Source of the DNA: Candidatus Krumholzibacteriota bacterium | GTDB lineage: Bacteria > Krumholzibacteriota > Krumholzibacteriia > JAJRXK01 | Reading direction: 5' to 3' | Length of the DNA: 64,000 nt | Assembly: GCA_963764625.1 (NCBI GenBank) | Contig: CAVXTH010000009.1 | Coordinates: 256,001-320,000, forward strand | Shown: positions 36,921 through 46,296 of the stretch, in pieces | Layout of the letters: every line of letters starts with the position of its first letter | Numbering within the stretch: position 1 is the stretch's first letter | Position numbers and translations under genes: made by a program | The notes under the pieces: generated by a model | Database searches by the model: none | Seen by the model: only the letters and a program-made list of their open reading frames with translations | What the model was told of the DNA's origin: nothing

Positions 36921-38951
36921 CTATTTGTACTGAGCGCCCAGGAGCACCCAGTAGTTGAAGAGTTCGATTTCGGCCGGTGTCAGGGCCTGGGCTCCATCGG
37001 GATGGCTCGGCATTCCGTCGCGTGATCCGGCCCCCATCACGTAGTCGATGAGCAAGGAGTGACGCGGAAACGCGGGGACCACGACCTGATGGTCCATGAG
37101 ATCTGATTCGCCCGAGAGGTTGACGTAGGCCCGGGGAAAGATCTGCATCTCACGCATCAGAGTGTCCGGCGTGGCGCTGAGATCGAGAGCTCCCGGTGGG
37201 GGAATCGTGTCGGTTACTGCCACGATGCTACCGTCGGGCTGCGACTGATCGTAGGTATTGTAGGTCTCGACGTGACAGCTGACGCACTTGGCGGCGACGA
37301 TGGGAGCGATGTCCTTCTCGTAATCGATGATCGTGCGCTGGGCCTCGGGGATGTTGAGGTCGGTGGGCTCCATGGTAGCTGCGATCGGAGTGGGATTGGT
37401 GATGGAGGCAGGTCCCCCCCCACGATCCTCATGACAGCCATGGCAAGTGTCGAAGGTCTCGCCGGGGCGGACTGCGAGCCAGGTCCGTTTCACCACGAAT
37501 CCCCGCCGGCGATCGTCGAGTGTGGCGAAACTGATGGGAGTATCGGCCGGCACCTTGATGGCAAACGAACCATCGCTGTACACCGGGGCGAAGCCGAGAA
37601 GCGAACGCTTCTCGAACTCGTTGGCCGAGAAATCGCTTCTCTCACCGCTCATGGTGGGGCGGGCGGCGTAAACCGCGATTTCCGTGATCGGATCCGATCC
37701 CCGGACCGGCCGCTCCTGTCCGTCCATGGTGCCGCGGTTGAACACATCCTGCGCGATGAAGACTCCGTAGTCCTTGCTGTGATCCACCGTCGACGGCACG
37801 ACCGGGGGCTTGTCATGCGCAGCCAGAAGCTGCGCGTCGTATTCGTTGGTGGTGGGATCGTTGTAGAGGAAGGTCAGGTCGTTTATCGAGATCGTCGCGG
37901 GATCCTCCGTCGTGCCCGAGCCGGTCTGATCCAGAGTGAAGGTGTACAGACCGTAGTCGACGTCGACTTCGTCGGCCGCGGGAAGAGTGTACGAGACCAC
38001 GTAGCGGTTCCCTCCCAACGGGAAGGGATACTTGAACGCGCCAAAGGCCCACGGTGGACCATCGGTGTTCACCTGCGGCGTCAGGACATCCCAGTGAAGC
38101 TCGGTTCCGCCCACCACCGGATCGGCGGGTCCCTGCTCGGGCTTCAGCAGCGCCACGCTTCCCGCGTCTTCGTTCACACGGGTGCTCTCGATGGCGATCA
38201 TGCGACCGTCGGGAGTCGCTTGCGGATGGAAGAAATTGCGATTGTGGGGACCAAAATCGTGGAAGATTCCGGTGCCGTCTGGATTGGCGACGAAGAGGGG
38301 AAAGCGGTTGAAAGTCCCGAAGTGCTCCCACCGCGTATAGAGAATCCGGCCGTTGGGCAGAAGGGTGGGGTCGAAGTCGTCGCTCTGGTTGAAACTCACC
38401 CGCTCCATGTTGTTGCCATCGGCATCGGCGGTATACAGATGCTCGGCCAGCGAGTGGTTGTATTCGTCCATCTCTCCGTCGCGGCTGCTGGTGAACATGA
38501 TTCGTCCGTCGGGGAGATAGAGTGGGTCGTAATCGTGCCCACCTCCGCGCGTGACTTGCCTTAGTCCGGTGCCATCTGCATTGATCTCGAAGATGTTACG
38601 GTCACTGGCTCCGGGCGGGCGCATCGAGAAGAGAATCCTCTGGCCATCGAAGCTCACGCAGGGGTCACTGATGCTGGCTCCGGTGAAGTCGGTCAGATTG
38701 GTGACCTGTCCGTCCGGAGCGATCGGCGACAGCTTGTACAAATTGGAGGAAGCCCAGCTTCGGTTGAGGGTTTCCTCGGCCTCCGTTTTCACGAAGACGA
38801 TGGCTTCGGTGCTCTCCTCCTGGACGAACACGTCCTCGGGCGCGCTCTGCTTGCAACCAGTGGGAAGTATTAGGGCGGCCAAGAAAAGGACGGGCCAGAG
38901 CCTAGAGAGGCCAGTGCAGAAGCGGTCGATACAGTGGGCTTGCGATCTCAT
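36921..38951 (-). CDS. Lipoprotein with PD40/TolB-like propeller and two heme-c motifs (hydrazine synthase alpha-like architecture)
   Basis: Lipobox LPTG-C; [26 protein letters not shown]; [13 protein letters not shown]...RPGE..TCHGCH; CVSCH. Confidence 0.8.
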   Translation of the reverse strand: MRSQAHCIDRFCTGLSRLWPVLFLAALILPTGCKQSAPEDVFVQEESTEAIVFVKTEAEETLNRSWASSNLYKLSPIAPDGQVTNLTDFTGASISDPCVSFDGQRILFSMRPPGASDRNIFEINADGTGLRQVTRGGGHDYDPLYLPDGRIMFTSSRDGEMDEYNHSLAEHLYTADADGNNMERVSFNQSDDFDPTLLPNGRILYTRWEHFGTFNRFPLFVANPDGTGIFHDFGPHNRNFFHPQATPDGRMIAIESTRVNEDAGSVALLKPEQGPADPVVGGTELHWDVLTPQVNTDGPPWAFGAFKYPFPLGGNRYVVSYTLPAADEVDVDYGLYTFTLDQTGSGTTEDPATISINDLTFLYNDPTTNEYDAQLLAAHDKPPVVPSTVDHSKDYGVFIAQDVFNRGTMDGQERPVRGSDPITEIAVYAARPTMSGERSDFSANEFEKRSLLGFAPVYSDGSFAIKVPADTPISFATLDDRRRGFVVKRTWLAVRPGETFDTCHGCHEDRGGGPASITNPTPIAATMEPTDLNIPEAQRTIIDYEKDIAPIVAAKCVSCHVETYNTYDQSQPDGSIVAVTDTIPPPGALDLSATPDTLMREMQIFPRAYVNLSGESDLMDHQVVVPAFPRHSLLIDYVMGAGSRDGMPSHPDGAQALTPAEIELFNYWVLLGAQYK

Positions 38952-39019
38952 GCTGCTCTCCTTCTCGCATACATTGGCATGCCGTCATCGGTCACCCCGA
39001 GTACGCAAGGATTTTCGTT

Positions 39020-39688
39020 CTATCGGCCCAGACTCCGGTAGAACGAGAAACCGATGGTGAATTGGCGATAGGTGTAACTGGCACTGCCGGGCCCCAGGGG
39101 ATCCCGGCCGATCACGGAAGTTCCGAGATACTCGCCCCGGATCGCGACATCGTCGCGCAAGTAGAGTTCGAGTCCTCCACCGTAGGTGAAGACATTCTTG
39201 GTGACGGGATCGGCATTGATGGTCCGTCCCGGATAGACCGTCAACATGCCGTAACCCAGGTTGGCGTAAGGCTGGATTCGAAACGCCACGGGGTAGCGCA
39301 ACACCGCGCTGAGATTGTGCAAGAGTCCATGCACGCTATGGGCGGGATTGTGTCCCAAACCGATTTCGTAGCCGAGCCAACGATTCGGGCTGTAGGCGAA
39401 GCGGAACGCGAAGTAGGTCTGCTCTCCCAACTTCCCGTAGGCAGGGCTGAAACTGACCCGGTGAAGAAAGGGCCGCGGTCCGGGGCTGAGTTTCGTGCTC
39501 GCGCCCTCGAGGGCGGGCACGAGATAAGTGCGCTCTTCGTGGCGTGACGAGGAGGTGTCGGTTCCGGCCGCGACGGATGCGTTGCGACTGGACGCGGAGG
39601 CCGCAGGTGTCGCCGCTGCGGCACCGGCCACATCGAAGGCGCTCGCATGGCAGAGCGCGAGGAGCAGAATGCAAGCGCACGCGCTCAT
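39020..39688 (-). CDS. Outer-membrane beta-barrel protein
   Basis: Signal peptide; QPYANLGYG, YGGGLELYL, FTIGFSFY; ATGA overlap with the upstream gene. Confidence 0.8.
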   Translation of the reverse strand: MSACACILLLALCHASAFDVAGAAAATPAASASSRNASVAAGTDTSSSRHEERTYLVPALEGASTKLSPGPRPFLHRVSFSPAYGKLGEQTYFAFRFAYSPNRWLGYEIGLGHNPAHSVHGLLHNLSAVLRYPVAFRIQPYANLGYGMLTVYPGRTINADPVTKNVFTYGGGLELYLRDDVAIRGEYLGTSVIGRDPLGPGSASYTYRQFTIGFSFYRSLGR

Positions 39689-40140
39689 TGCAACTCCCCC
39701 GCGAGAATCCAGGACAAGATGGTTTGATAATCCGTATCCGAAACCGAGGTGAAAGTACTGAGCGCCGAGTCCCCCGCGTGCGCCTCGCCTCCCGCCTCCA
39801 CCGCGAGCGGTTTGAGCAGGAGGGCGCTCGCCTCGCGCTGGCCGAGGTCGACCTGCAGCGAAGCCTGCGCGAAATCGAAGCTCAAATCCTTGGCATCGGC
39901 CGGAGAGAGCTGGAAGGTTCCGCGGATTCCACCCCCATGGCAGCTGGGATTGTCGCATCCGCGGCGGGTGAAGATCTCGTCGACCTGGGTCGAAAACTGG
40001 TTGAAGTCGAGCACGAGCTTTTGCCCTCCCCCGGGAAGCTCTGGGGAAGTGACGGATGCTTCCTTGCACGCGGCGCAGCTCAAGCCAAGCACGCAGCCGA
40101 AGGCCAGGAACTCTCGTCTCAGAATCGAAGGCAAAAACAT
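39685..40140 (-). CDS. Lipoprotein, putative cytochrome c with CX4CH motif
   Basis: CAA-C lipobox; FSTQVDEIF.RRGCDNPSCHGG...SALLLKPL...HAG...ILSWI. Confidence 0.7.
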   Translation of the reverse strand: MFLPSILRREFLAFGCVLGLSCAACKEASVTSPELPGGGQKLVLDFNQFSTQVDEIFTRRGCDNPSCHGGGIRGTFQLSPADAKDLSFDFAQASLQVDLGQREASALLLKPLAVEAGGEAHAGDSALSTFTSVSDTDYQTILSWILAGELQ

Positions 40141-40240
40141 CCGTTACTCCGCGGTTTGGGCCCCGAAGGAAGCCTCCGGGTCACGCTTACCACCACGGTG
40201 CAAATGCCGAACCAGCCGCTGTCGGACGCATGGGGGAGGA

Positions 40241-41359
40241 TCAGAACCAGTGCAGAGTCACGCTCTTCGTCGAGTCGGGATGTGGCGTGTAGATGGATCG
40301 TAACGATTTCTCGATCCACACGACGAGGTTTTGGCCTTGATCACGCTGCACGAGGATGCACGAGAGATCATCTCTCCTACTGGCGATAAGGCGCGCGCGC
40401 TCCGTTCCCAGCACGAAGAACGCGGTGGCCCAGGCGTCGGCCAGCATGGCGTTCGGGGCGAGCACGGTGACCGAGGCCATCCCTTCCACCGGCCAGCCGG
40501 TGCGAGGATCAAGGATGTGTCCGTAGCGTTTCCCGTTCGCGCTCACGAATTGTTCGTAGTCGCCAGAGGTCGCCAGGGCGGCATCGCGTACGCTGAGGGT
40601 TCCAAGATTGGGCAACTCGTCGCGCGGATCACGCACTCCGATGCGCCAGGCCACGCGGCCGGGGGGCGCGCCTCGCGCCAGGATGTTGCCCGAGAGATTC
40701 AGGAGATAGTTCTTTGCCCCGAGGGTATCCAGAAGAGCCGCGCTTCGGTCGACCCCGAAGCCCTTGGCGATGCCTCCGAGGTCGAGACGGACGCCCGTGC
40801 CGTCGAAGCGGATCCGCGATTCTTCCTCCTGCAGCTGCACGTGCTGCCACCCGACCCATTGCCGCGCGCTCTCGATTTCGCTTTCGGGCGGCAGGTGGGG
40901 GGTTCCCCCCAGGAAACCCCAGCAACGCACGAGCGGCTCGATGCTGGGATCGAACGCGCCTTCGCTCTGTTGGCTCACCGTCTGTGCCGTGCTGAGGATG
41001 GTCAAGAGCTGTGGCTCCAAGTGGGCCCAGCCGGATCCGGCCTCGCGATTCACCCGAGCGATCTCGCTGTCCTTTGTCCAGTTACTCAGAAGCGAGTCGG
41101 CCTCGTGGAGTCTGAGCAACGCGGGATAGGCGAGATCCGCCGCCACCATTGAATCGGGGCCGGCCAGGTTCAGAGTGGCAAAGGTGCCCATGGTCGAAGT
41201 CGAGAAGGACCAAACCGAGGAATCTGGATGCGCCTCCAGATCGTGCTGCGCGTTCGCGCAGGCGGGCGCGAGAGAAAGGCCGGCGAGGAACCCCGTGACC
41301 AGGAGCACGCGGTTGAGGATTGACTGATTCCGGGCGCTGTCGAAACCGCAGGTGAACAT
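40241..41359 (-). CDS. apbE: FAD:protein FMN transferase
   Basis: MGT, SEIARVN, GAFDPS, LDLGGIAKGFGVD, ATSGDYE, YGHILDPRTGWP, ADAWATA. Confidence 0.95.
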   Translation of the reverse strand: MFTCGFDSARNQSILNRVLLVTGFLAGLSLAPACANAQHDLEAHPDSSVWSFSTSTMGTFATLNLAGPDSMVAADLAYPALLRLHEADSLLSNWTKDSEIARVNREAGSGWAHLEPQLLTILSTAQTVSQQSEGAFDPSIEPLVRCWGFLGGTPHLPPESEIESARQWVGWQHVQLQEEESRIRFDGTGVRLDLGGIAKGFGVDRSAALLDTLGAKNYLLNLSGNILARGAPPGRVAWRIGVRDPRDELPNLGTLSVRDAALATSGDYEQFVSANGKRYGHILDPRTGWPVEGMASVTVLAPNAMLADAWATAFFVLGTERARLIASRRDDLSCILVQRDQGQNLVVWIEKSLRSIYTPHPDSTKSVTLHWF

Positions 41360-41589
41360 CGGAGTCCTCGAGGAAGAGGTGTACCGGATCCTAGATGCTC
41401 GGTCGTTTTCCCGCAATCATGGGATGGGTGCCCAGCCGACCCGGCTGCTTCCCTCCGCGCGAGATCTGGCGTACTCTCTTTTCTTACGCGCCTAGCGCTC
41501 GGACTCGCTCGCGCTTTCATTGTATTTCTGATTTATGCAAGGAACCGGCGTCTGGATTCGACTCACACCGTCGATAAGGAACAAACTCA

Positions 41590-43797
41590 ATGATCGGTCA
41601 GAGGGTCTCACACTACCTCATCACGGCCAAATTGGGCAGTGGGGGCATGGGCGTCGTTTACGAAGCAAAGGACGAGCAACTCGGACGCCAGGTGGCTCTG
41701 AAGTTCTTGCCCAATGAACTGGCCAAGGACGAGTCCACCCTCCAGCGTTTCCAGAGGGAGGCACGCGCGGCCTCTGCCCTCAACCACCCTGGAATCTGTA
41801 CCGTCTATGCCATCGAGCAACACGAGGGCGAACAGTTCATCGTGATGGAACTGCTGGAGGGAGAGACGCTCGCCGATCGCATTCGCAAAGAGAGAATCGC
41901 GATCGAGAAGCTCCTGCAGCTGTCCATCGAAATCACCGATGCGTTGGAGTCGGCTCATGCCAAGGGAATCGTGCATCGCGATTTGAAGCCGGCCAACATA
42001 TTCATCAGCTCCCGTGACCAGGCCAAGATTCTCGACTTCGGTCTGGCAAAGATCGACCACTTGCGCGGTGCTCCAGAAGGATCGGCCGCGGCCACCGTCG
42101 TACGCTCGGATGAGCTCACGATGGCGGGAGCCACTTTGGGGACGGTAGCCTACATGTCTCCCGAGCAGGCGCGCGGACAACTCACCGACGCTCGCACCGA
42201 TCTGTTTTCTCTGGGGGCGGTGATGTACGAAATGGCCTCCGGGAAATTGCCGTTTCAGGGAGACACCTCCGCCATGATCTACGATGCCATCCTGAATCGG
42301 GAGCCCGAAGAACTGGACCAGGTGAATTCGGGGATGCCGGTAGAACTCAGCCGTATCATCGGCAAAGCCCTGGAAAAAGATCGAAATCTGCGCTACCAGA
42401 CCGCCACCGATCTGAAGACCGATCTGCGCCGGCTCAAGCGCGACATCGAATCTGGGACACGATCCGCTTCCAAGATTGGAGACTCCAGCACCGGCATGGC
42501 ACTCGAGCGCGCGAGCAAATCCGTTGCGGTTCTGTACTTCGAAAATTTGAGCGGAATCAAAGAGGACGAGTATTTTCGCGACGGCGTCACCGAGGACATC
42601 GTGACCGAACTCTCCAAGATCAAGGGACTGAAGATCTTCTCCCGGGCCACGGTACTCGCCTATCGCGACAAGCAGATCACTCCGGCTCAAATCGGGCAGC
42701 AACTCAGCGCGGCCTATGTTCTGATGGGTAGCGTTCGTCGCGCCGGCACGCGCCTTCGCATCAACACCCAGTTGGTGGATACCCAGACCGATTTTCCGCT
42801 GTGGTCCGAGCGCTACGATCGCGAGATGAAGGATGTCTTCGAGGTCCAGGACGAAATCGCGCGCAAGATCGCGGAAGCTCTGCGCGTGACCCTGTCTCCA
42901 CAAGAACAGAAGGCGCTCGCGGCAAAGCCCACCGATGACCTGCAGGCCTACGATTTGTATTTACGCGGCCGGACTTTCGCGCGTCGGCTCTCCCGGCAGG
43001 ATCTGGAATTTGCATTACAAATGTTCGAGAATGCGGTCACGCTCGATCCCCATTTCGCTTTGGCCCATGCCGCCATCGCGAACGTGTGCGCCCAGTACCA
43101 CTACCATTTCGACCGGGCGCAGTCTTGGGTCCAACGGGCCATTGCTGCCACTGACCGGGCAAGCACTTATGGTAAGGATGTCCCCGAGATTCTCGTGGCC
43201 CAGGCATGGGTTGCGTATGTGGGAAAGAATTACGACGAAGCGGTGATGCGGGTTCGTAGGGCAATCGAGTTGAAGCCCGATTGCGAAGGAGCCTACTATC
43301 TTCAGGGTCGTATTCTATTTGCGGCGGGCCGTTACCAAGAACTCGTCGATATGGCGGAGGTGGCAATCGCACACTCCGGTGAGAATTACAACGTCTACGT
43401 TCCCATCCGCAATGCACTCGGTGCGCTCGGCAAGAATGACGCGCTCCAGAATCACGTACAGAGGGAAGTCCAGGTCTACGAAGCGCATTTGAAGACAGCG
43501 CCCGAAGATGCGAGGGTGCGCACCCTGCTGGCGGGAGATTATGCAGATCTCCAAAGACCGGAAGACGCCGAGCGCGAGGCCAGTCTCGCGATGGCCCTGC
43601 GCCCCGATGACGCGATGGTTCTCTATAATGTCAGTTGCGTGTTCTCGATTCTCGGGAACAAAGCGAGCGCACTGCAAGCGCTTCGTAAGGCTACGGATGC
43701 CGGGTTCAACGATCCAGTTTGGGCTCGGCACGACCCGGAGCTGAATCTGCTTCACGGAGAACCCGAGTTCGAGGAGATGTTCCCAACCGTCGACTGA
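41590..43797 (+). CDS. Hanks-type Ser/Thr kinase with TolB-N-like and TPR domains
   Basis: LGSGGMGVVY, VALK, HRDLKPAN, DFG, YMSPEQ; SVAVLYFEN; TPRs. Confidence 0.95.
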   Translation: MIGQRVSHYLITAKLGSGGMGVVYEAKDEQLGRQVALKFLPNELAKDESTLQRFQREARAASALNHPGICTVYAIEQHEGEQFIVMELLEGETLADRIRKERIAIEKLLQLSIEITDALESAHAKGIVHRDLKPANIFISSRDQAKILDFGLAKIDHLRGAPEGSAAATVVRSDELTMAGATLGTVAYMSPEQARGQLTDARTDLFSLGAVMYEMASGKLPFQGDTSAMIYDAILNREPEELDQVNSGMPVELSRIIGKALEKDRNLRYQTATDLKTDLRRLKRDIESGTRSASKIGDSSTGMALERASKSVAVLYFENLSGIKEDEYFRDGVTEDIVTELSKIKGLKIFSRATVLAYRDKQITPAQIGQQLSAAYVLMGSVRRAGTRLRINTQLVDTQTDFPLWSERYDREMKDVFEVQDEIARKIAEALRVTLSPQEQKALAAKPTDDLQAYDLYLRGRTFARRLSRQDLEFALQMFENAVTLDPHFALAHAAIANVCAQYHYHFDRAQSWVQRAIAATDRASTYGKDVPEILVAQAWVAYVGKNYDEAVMRVRRAIELKPDCEGAYYLQGRILFAAGRYQELVDMAEVAIAHSGENYNVYVPIRNALGALGKNDALQNHVQREVQVYEAHLKTAPEDARVRTLLAGDYADLQRPEDAEREASLAMALRPDDAMVLYNVSCVFSILGNKASALQALRKATDAGFNDPVWARHDPELNLLHGEPEFEEMFPTVD

Positions 43798-43811
43798 AGC
43801 AGGTGGGGCCT

Positions 43812-45254
43812 TTGAGTACGGTGTTCGACATCATCAATCCGGCTACGGGAGAGACGGTCGGCCAATTTGAGGAGATGTCTCCGGGCACCCTTCGAGACAC
43901 ACTGAGAGCCTGCACCCAGGCTCAGAGTTCTTGGGCCAGGGTTTCCTGCTCTGAACGCGCCATTGGCATGCGCGCGGTGGCCGGGCTCCTACGGTCGCGC
44001 CAAGACGATCTCTCCGAGTTGATGACCCGAGAAATGGGCAAACCCCGCGGGCAAGCGGTGGCCGAGGTGCAGAAGTGTGCCTGGGTCTGCGAGTACTTCG
44101 CGGAGCACGCCGAGGAGTTCCTCGCTCCAGACGAGGTGGAAACCGGCGCGCGGCACAGCTTCGTCTCCTACCAAGCTCTGGGCTTGATCCTCGCCATCAT
44201 GCCCTGGAACTATCCACTGTGGCAGGTGTTCCGTTGCGCGGCTCCGGCGCTGATGGCGGGCAACGGCGTCTTGCTGAAGCACGCTCCCAGTGTCTTTGGC
44301 TGCTCGCTCGCGATCGAGGAGATCGTCCGAGAAGCGGGGATTCCGGAGAATCTGTTTCGCTCTCTCATCCTCGACATCCCACTGGCGACCGCGCTCATTC
44401 ACGATACCCAGATCGCGGCCGTCAGCGTCACCGCCAGCGTCAGGGCCGGCCGCGCCATCGCGGCCGAGGCGGGACGGGCGCTGAAGAAGTGTGTTCTGGA
44501 GCTGGGAGGCTCCGACCCCTTCATCGTCTTGGATGACGCGGAGATCGACAGGGCAGTCGAGGTGGGGATCGCGAGTCGCTTCCAGAACAACGCACAGAGT
44601 TGCATCGCCGCCAAACGCTTCATCATCGTCGAGAATGTGTACGAGGAATTCACCACGAAGTTCGTGAGAGCGGCAAAGGCCTTGAGGATGGGAGACCCTC
44701 TGCGGGACGAGGTCTCGATCGGGCCGATGGCGCGTTTGGATCTGCGCGATACTCTCCACGAGCAGGTGGAACAAAGTGTCGCGGCCGGGGCCCGCCTGCT
44801 TTTAGGCGGCGTCATTCCCGCGGGTCCCGGAGCCTTCTATCCCGCTACGGTTCTGGCCGAAGTTCAGAAGGAGATGCCGGTGTGGCGGGAAGAGACTTTC
44901 GGACCGGTGGCGGCGCTGATTCGGGCCCGCGATGAGCGACAGGCGATCGAGTTCGCCAACCACAGCGAGTTCGGTCTGAGCGGATCGGTGTGGACGCGCG
45001 ACCTGGAGCGCGGAGAACGAATCGCCAACGAGGAGTTGCACTCGGGGGCCGCTTTCGTCAACGAGATGTCCAAGTCGGATCCCCGGATACCGTTCGGCGG
45101 GGTACGCTCTTCCGGCTACGGACGTGAACTGTCGATCCATGGAATCCGCGAGTTCGTGAACGTGCATTCCGTATGGGTGAACGACGTCGAAGTGAAAGAG
45201 GGTGGAAGCCATGACGAGGAATCCGAGGGGGAAGAGAGTCGCGCCTCGATCTAG
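43812..45254 (+). CDS. NAD(P)-dependent succinate-semialdehyde dehydrogenase (Sad/GabD-like)
   Basis: INPATGE, IMPWNYP, LELGGSDP, QSCIAAKR, EETFGP, PFGG..SGYGRE; start approximate. Confidence 0.92.
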   Translation: MSTVFDIINPATGETVGQFEEMSPGTLRDTLRACTQAQSSWARVSCSERAIGMRAVAGLLRSRQDDLSELMTREMGKPRGQAVAEVQKCAWVCEYFAEHAEEFLAPDEVETGARHSFVSYQALGLILAIMPWNYPLWQVFRCAAPALMAGNGVLLKHAPSVFGCSLAIEEIVREAGIPENLFRSLILDIPLATALIHDTQIAAVSVTASVRAGRAIAAEAGRALKKCVLELGGSDPFIVLDDAEIDRAVEVGIASRFQNNAQSCIAAKRFIIVENVYEEFTTKFVRAAKALRMGDPLRDEVSIGPMARLDLRDTLHEQVEQSVAAGARLLLGGVIPAGPGAFYPATVLAEVQKEMPVWREETFGPVAALIRARDERQAIEFANHSEFGLSGSVWTRDLERGERIANEELHSGAAFVNEMSKSDPRIPFGGVRSSGYGRELSIHGIREFVNVHSVWVNDVEVKEGGSHDEESEGEESRASI

Positions 45255-46251
45255 CGTGGTCGTATTTCTCATCTTGTTCTGCTTCTGCGCCTGCGCGAAA
45301 TCACCGGCGCGACCCGACTACGCATTGGTGCTCCACGGCGGCGCGGGCACGATTCTCAAGAAGAACATGGATGCCGCGACGGAGAAAGCTTACCGCGACA
45401 AACTCACCGAAGCGCTACGGACCGGAGAGGGCGTCTTGAAGAACGGTGGCTCGAGCCTGGACGCGGTCGAGGCAGTCATCGAACTCCTGGAGGATTCCCC
45501 GCTCTTCAACGCGGGGCGCGGCGCCGTATTCACTGCCGAGGGAAAGAACGAGATGGACGCCTCGATCATGGATGGCAGCAATCGAAATGCGGGGGCAGTG
45601 GCCGGGGTGACGACGATCAAGCATCCCATCGCGGCCGCGCGGGCGGTGATGACCCAGTCCAAACACGTCATGCTCTCAGGCAGAGGAGCCGAGAGCTTCG
45701 CGGCCGCCCACGGTCTGGAGATCGTGCCCCCCGAGTACTTCTGGACCCAGAGGCGCTGGGACGCCTATCAGAAGATGAAGGAGCAGGCCGAGTCAACCGG
45801 TGGCCCGAGCGAGCACGGTACCGTGGGCTGCGTGGCCCTTGATAGGAAGGGGAACATCGCGGCCGGCACTTCGACGGGCGGTTTGACGATGAAACTCTGG
45901 GGTCGCATTGGAGATTCGCCCATCATCGGAGCCGGCACCTACGCGAGCAACGAGACCTGCGGAGTCTCCTGCACCGGCCAGGGAGAGTACTTCATTCGCA
46001 ACGTGGTGGCGTACGACATCGCGGCGCTCATGAAGTACCGCGGTATGAGTCTGCAGAGCGCGGCCAAGAGCGTGATCCACGGTGAGCTCGTGGCGCAACA
46101 CGCCGAAGGTGGGCTGGTCGCGTTGGACAAGAACGGGAACATCGCCATGGAGTTCAACACGCCCGGGATGTACCGGGGTTTCGTGAAGTCCAGCGGGGAG
46201 TTTGGCGTGTTCTTCTACGGAGACGAAGGCGCGAACACCGAGACTCCATGA
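45211..46251 (+). CDS. iaaA: Isoaspartyl peptidase/L-asparaginase (Ntn hydrolase) with signal or lipoprotein peptide
   Basis: LHGGAG, LEDSPLFNAGRG, EMDASIM, nucleophile HG-TVG, TSTGG, GRIGDSP, TGQGE. Confidence 0.9.
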   Translation: MTRNPRGKRVAPRSSVVVFLILFCFCACAKSPARPDYALVLHGGAGTILKKNMDAATEKAYRDKLTEALRTGEGVLKNGGSSLDAVEAVIELLEDSPLFNAGRGAVFTAEGKNEMDASIMDGSNRNAGAVAGVTTIKHPIAAARAVMTQSKHVMLSGRGAESFAAAHGLEIVPPEYFWTQRRWDAYQKMKEQAESTGGPSEHGTVGCVALDRKGNIAAGTSTGGLTMKLWGRIGDSPIIGAGTYASNETCGVSCTGQGEYFIRNVVAYDIAALMKYRGMSLQSAAKSVIHGELVAQHAEGGLVALDKNGNIAMEFNTPGMYRGFVKSSGEFGVFFYGDEGANTETP

Positions 46252-46296
46252 ACGGCGTCCGCACCGCCTCGTCGCCCTCCCGCATTCCCATGCGTA

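Noticed and set aside
36921-38951. Anammox hydrazine synthase
   Set aside because: Only alpha-like architecture is present; there are no beta/gamma subunits or HAO-like genes, and the context is an envelope operon.
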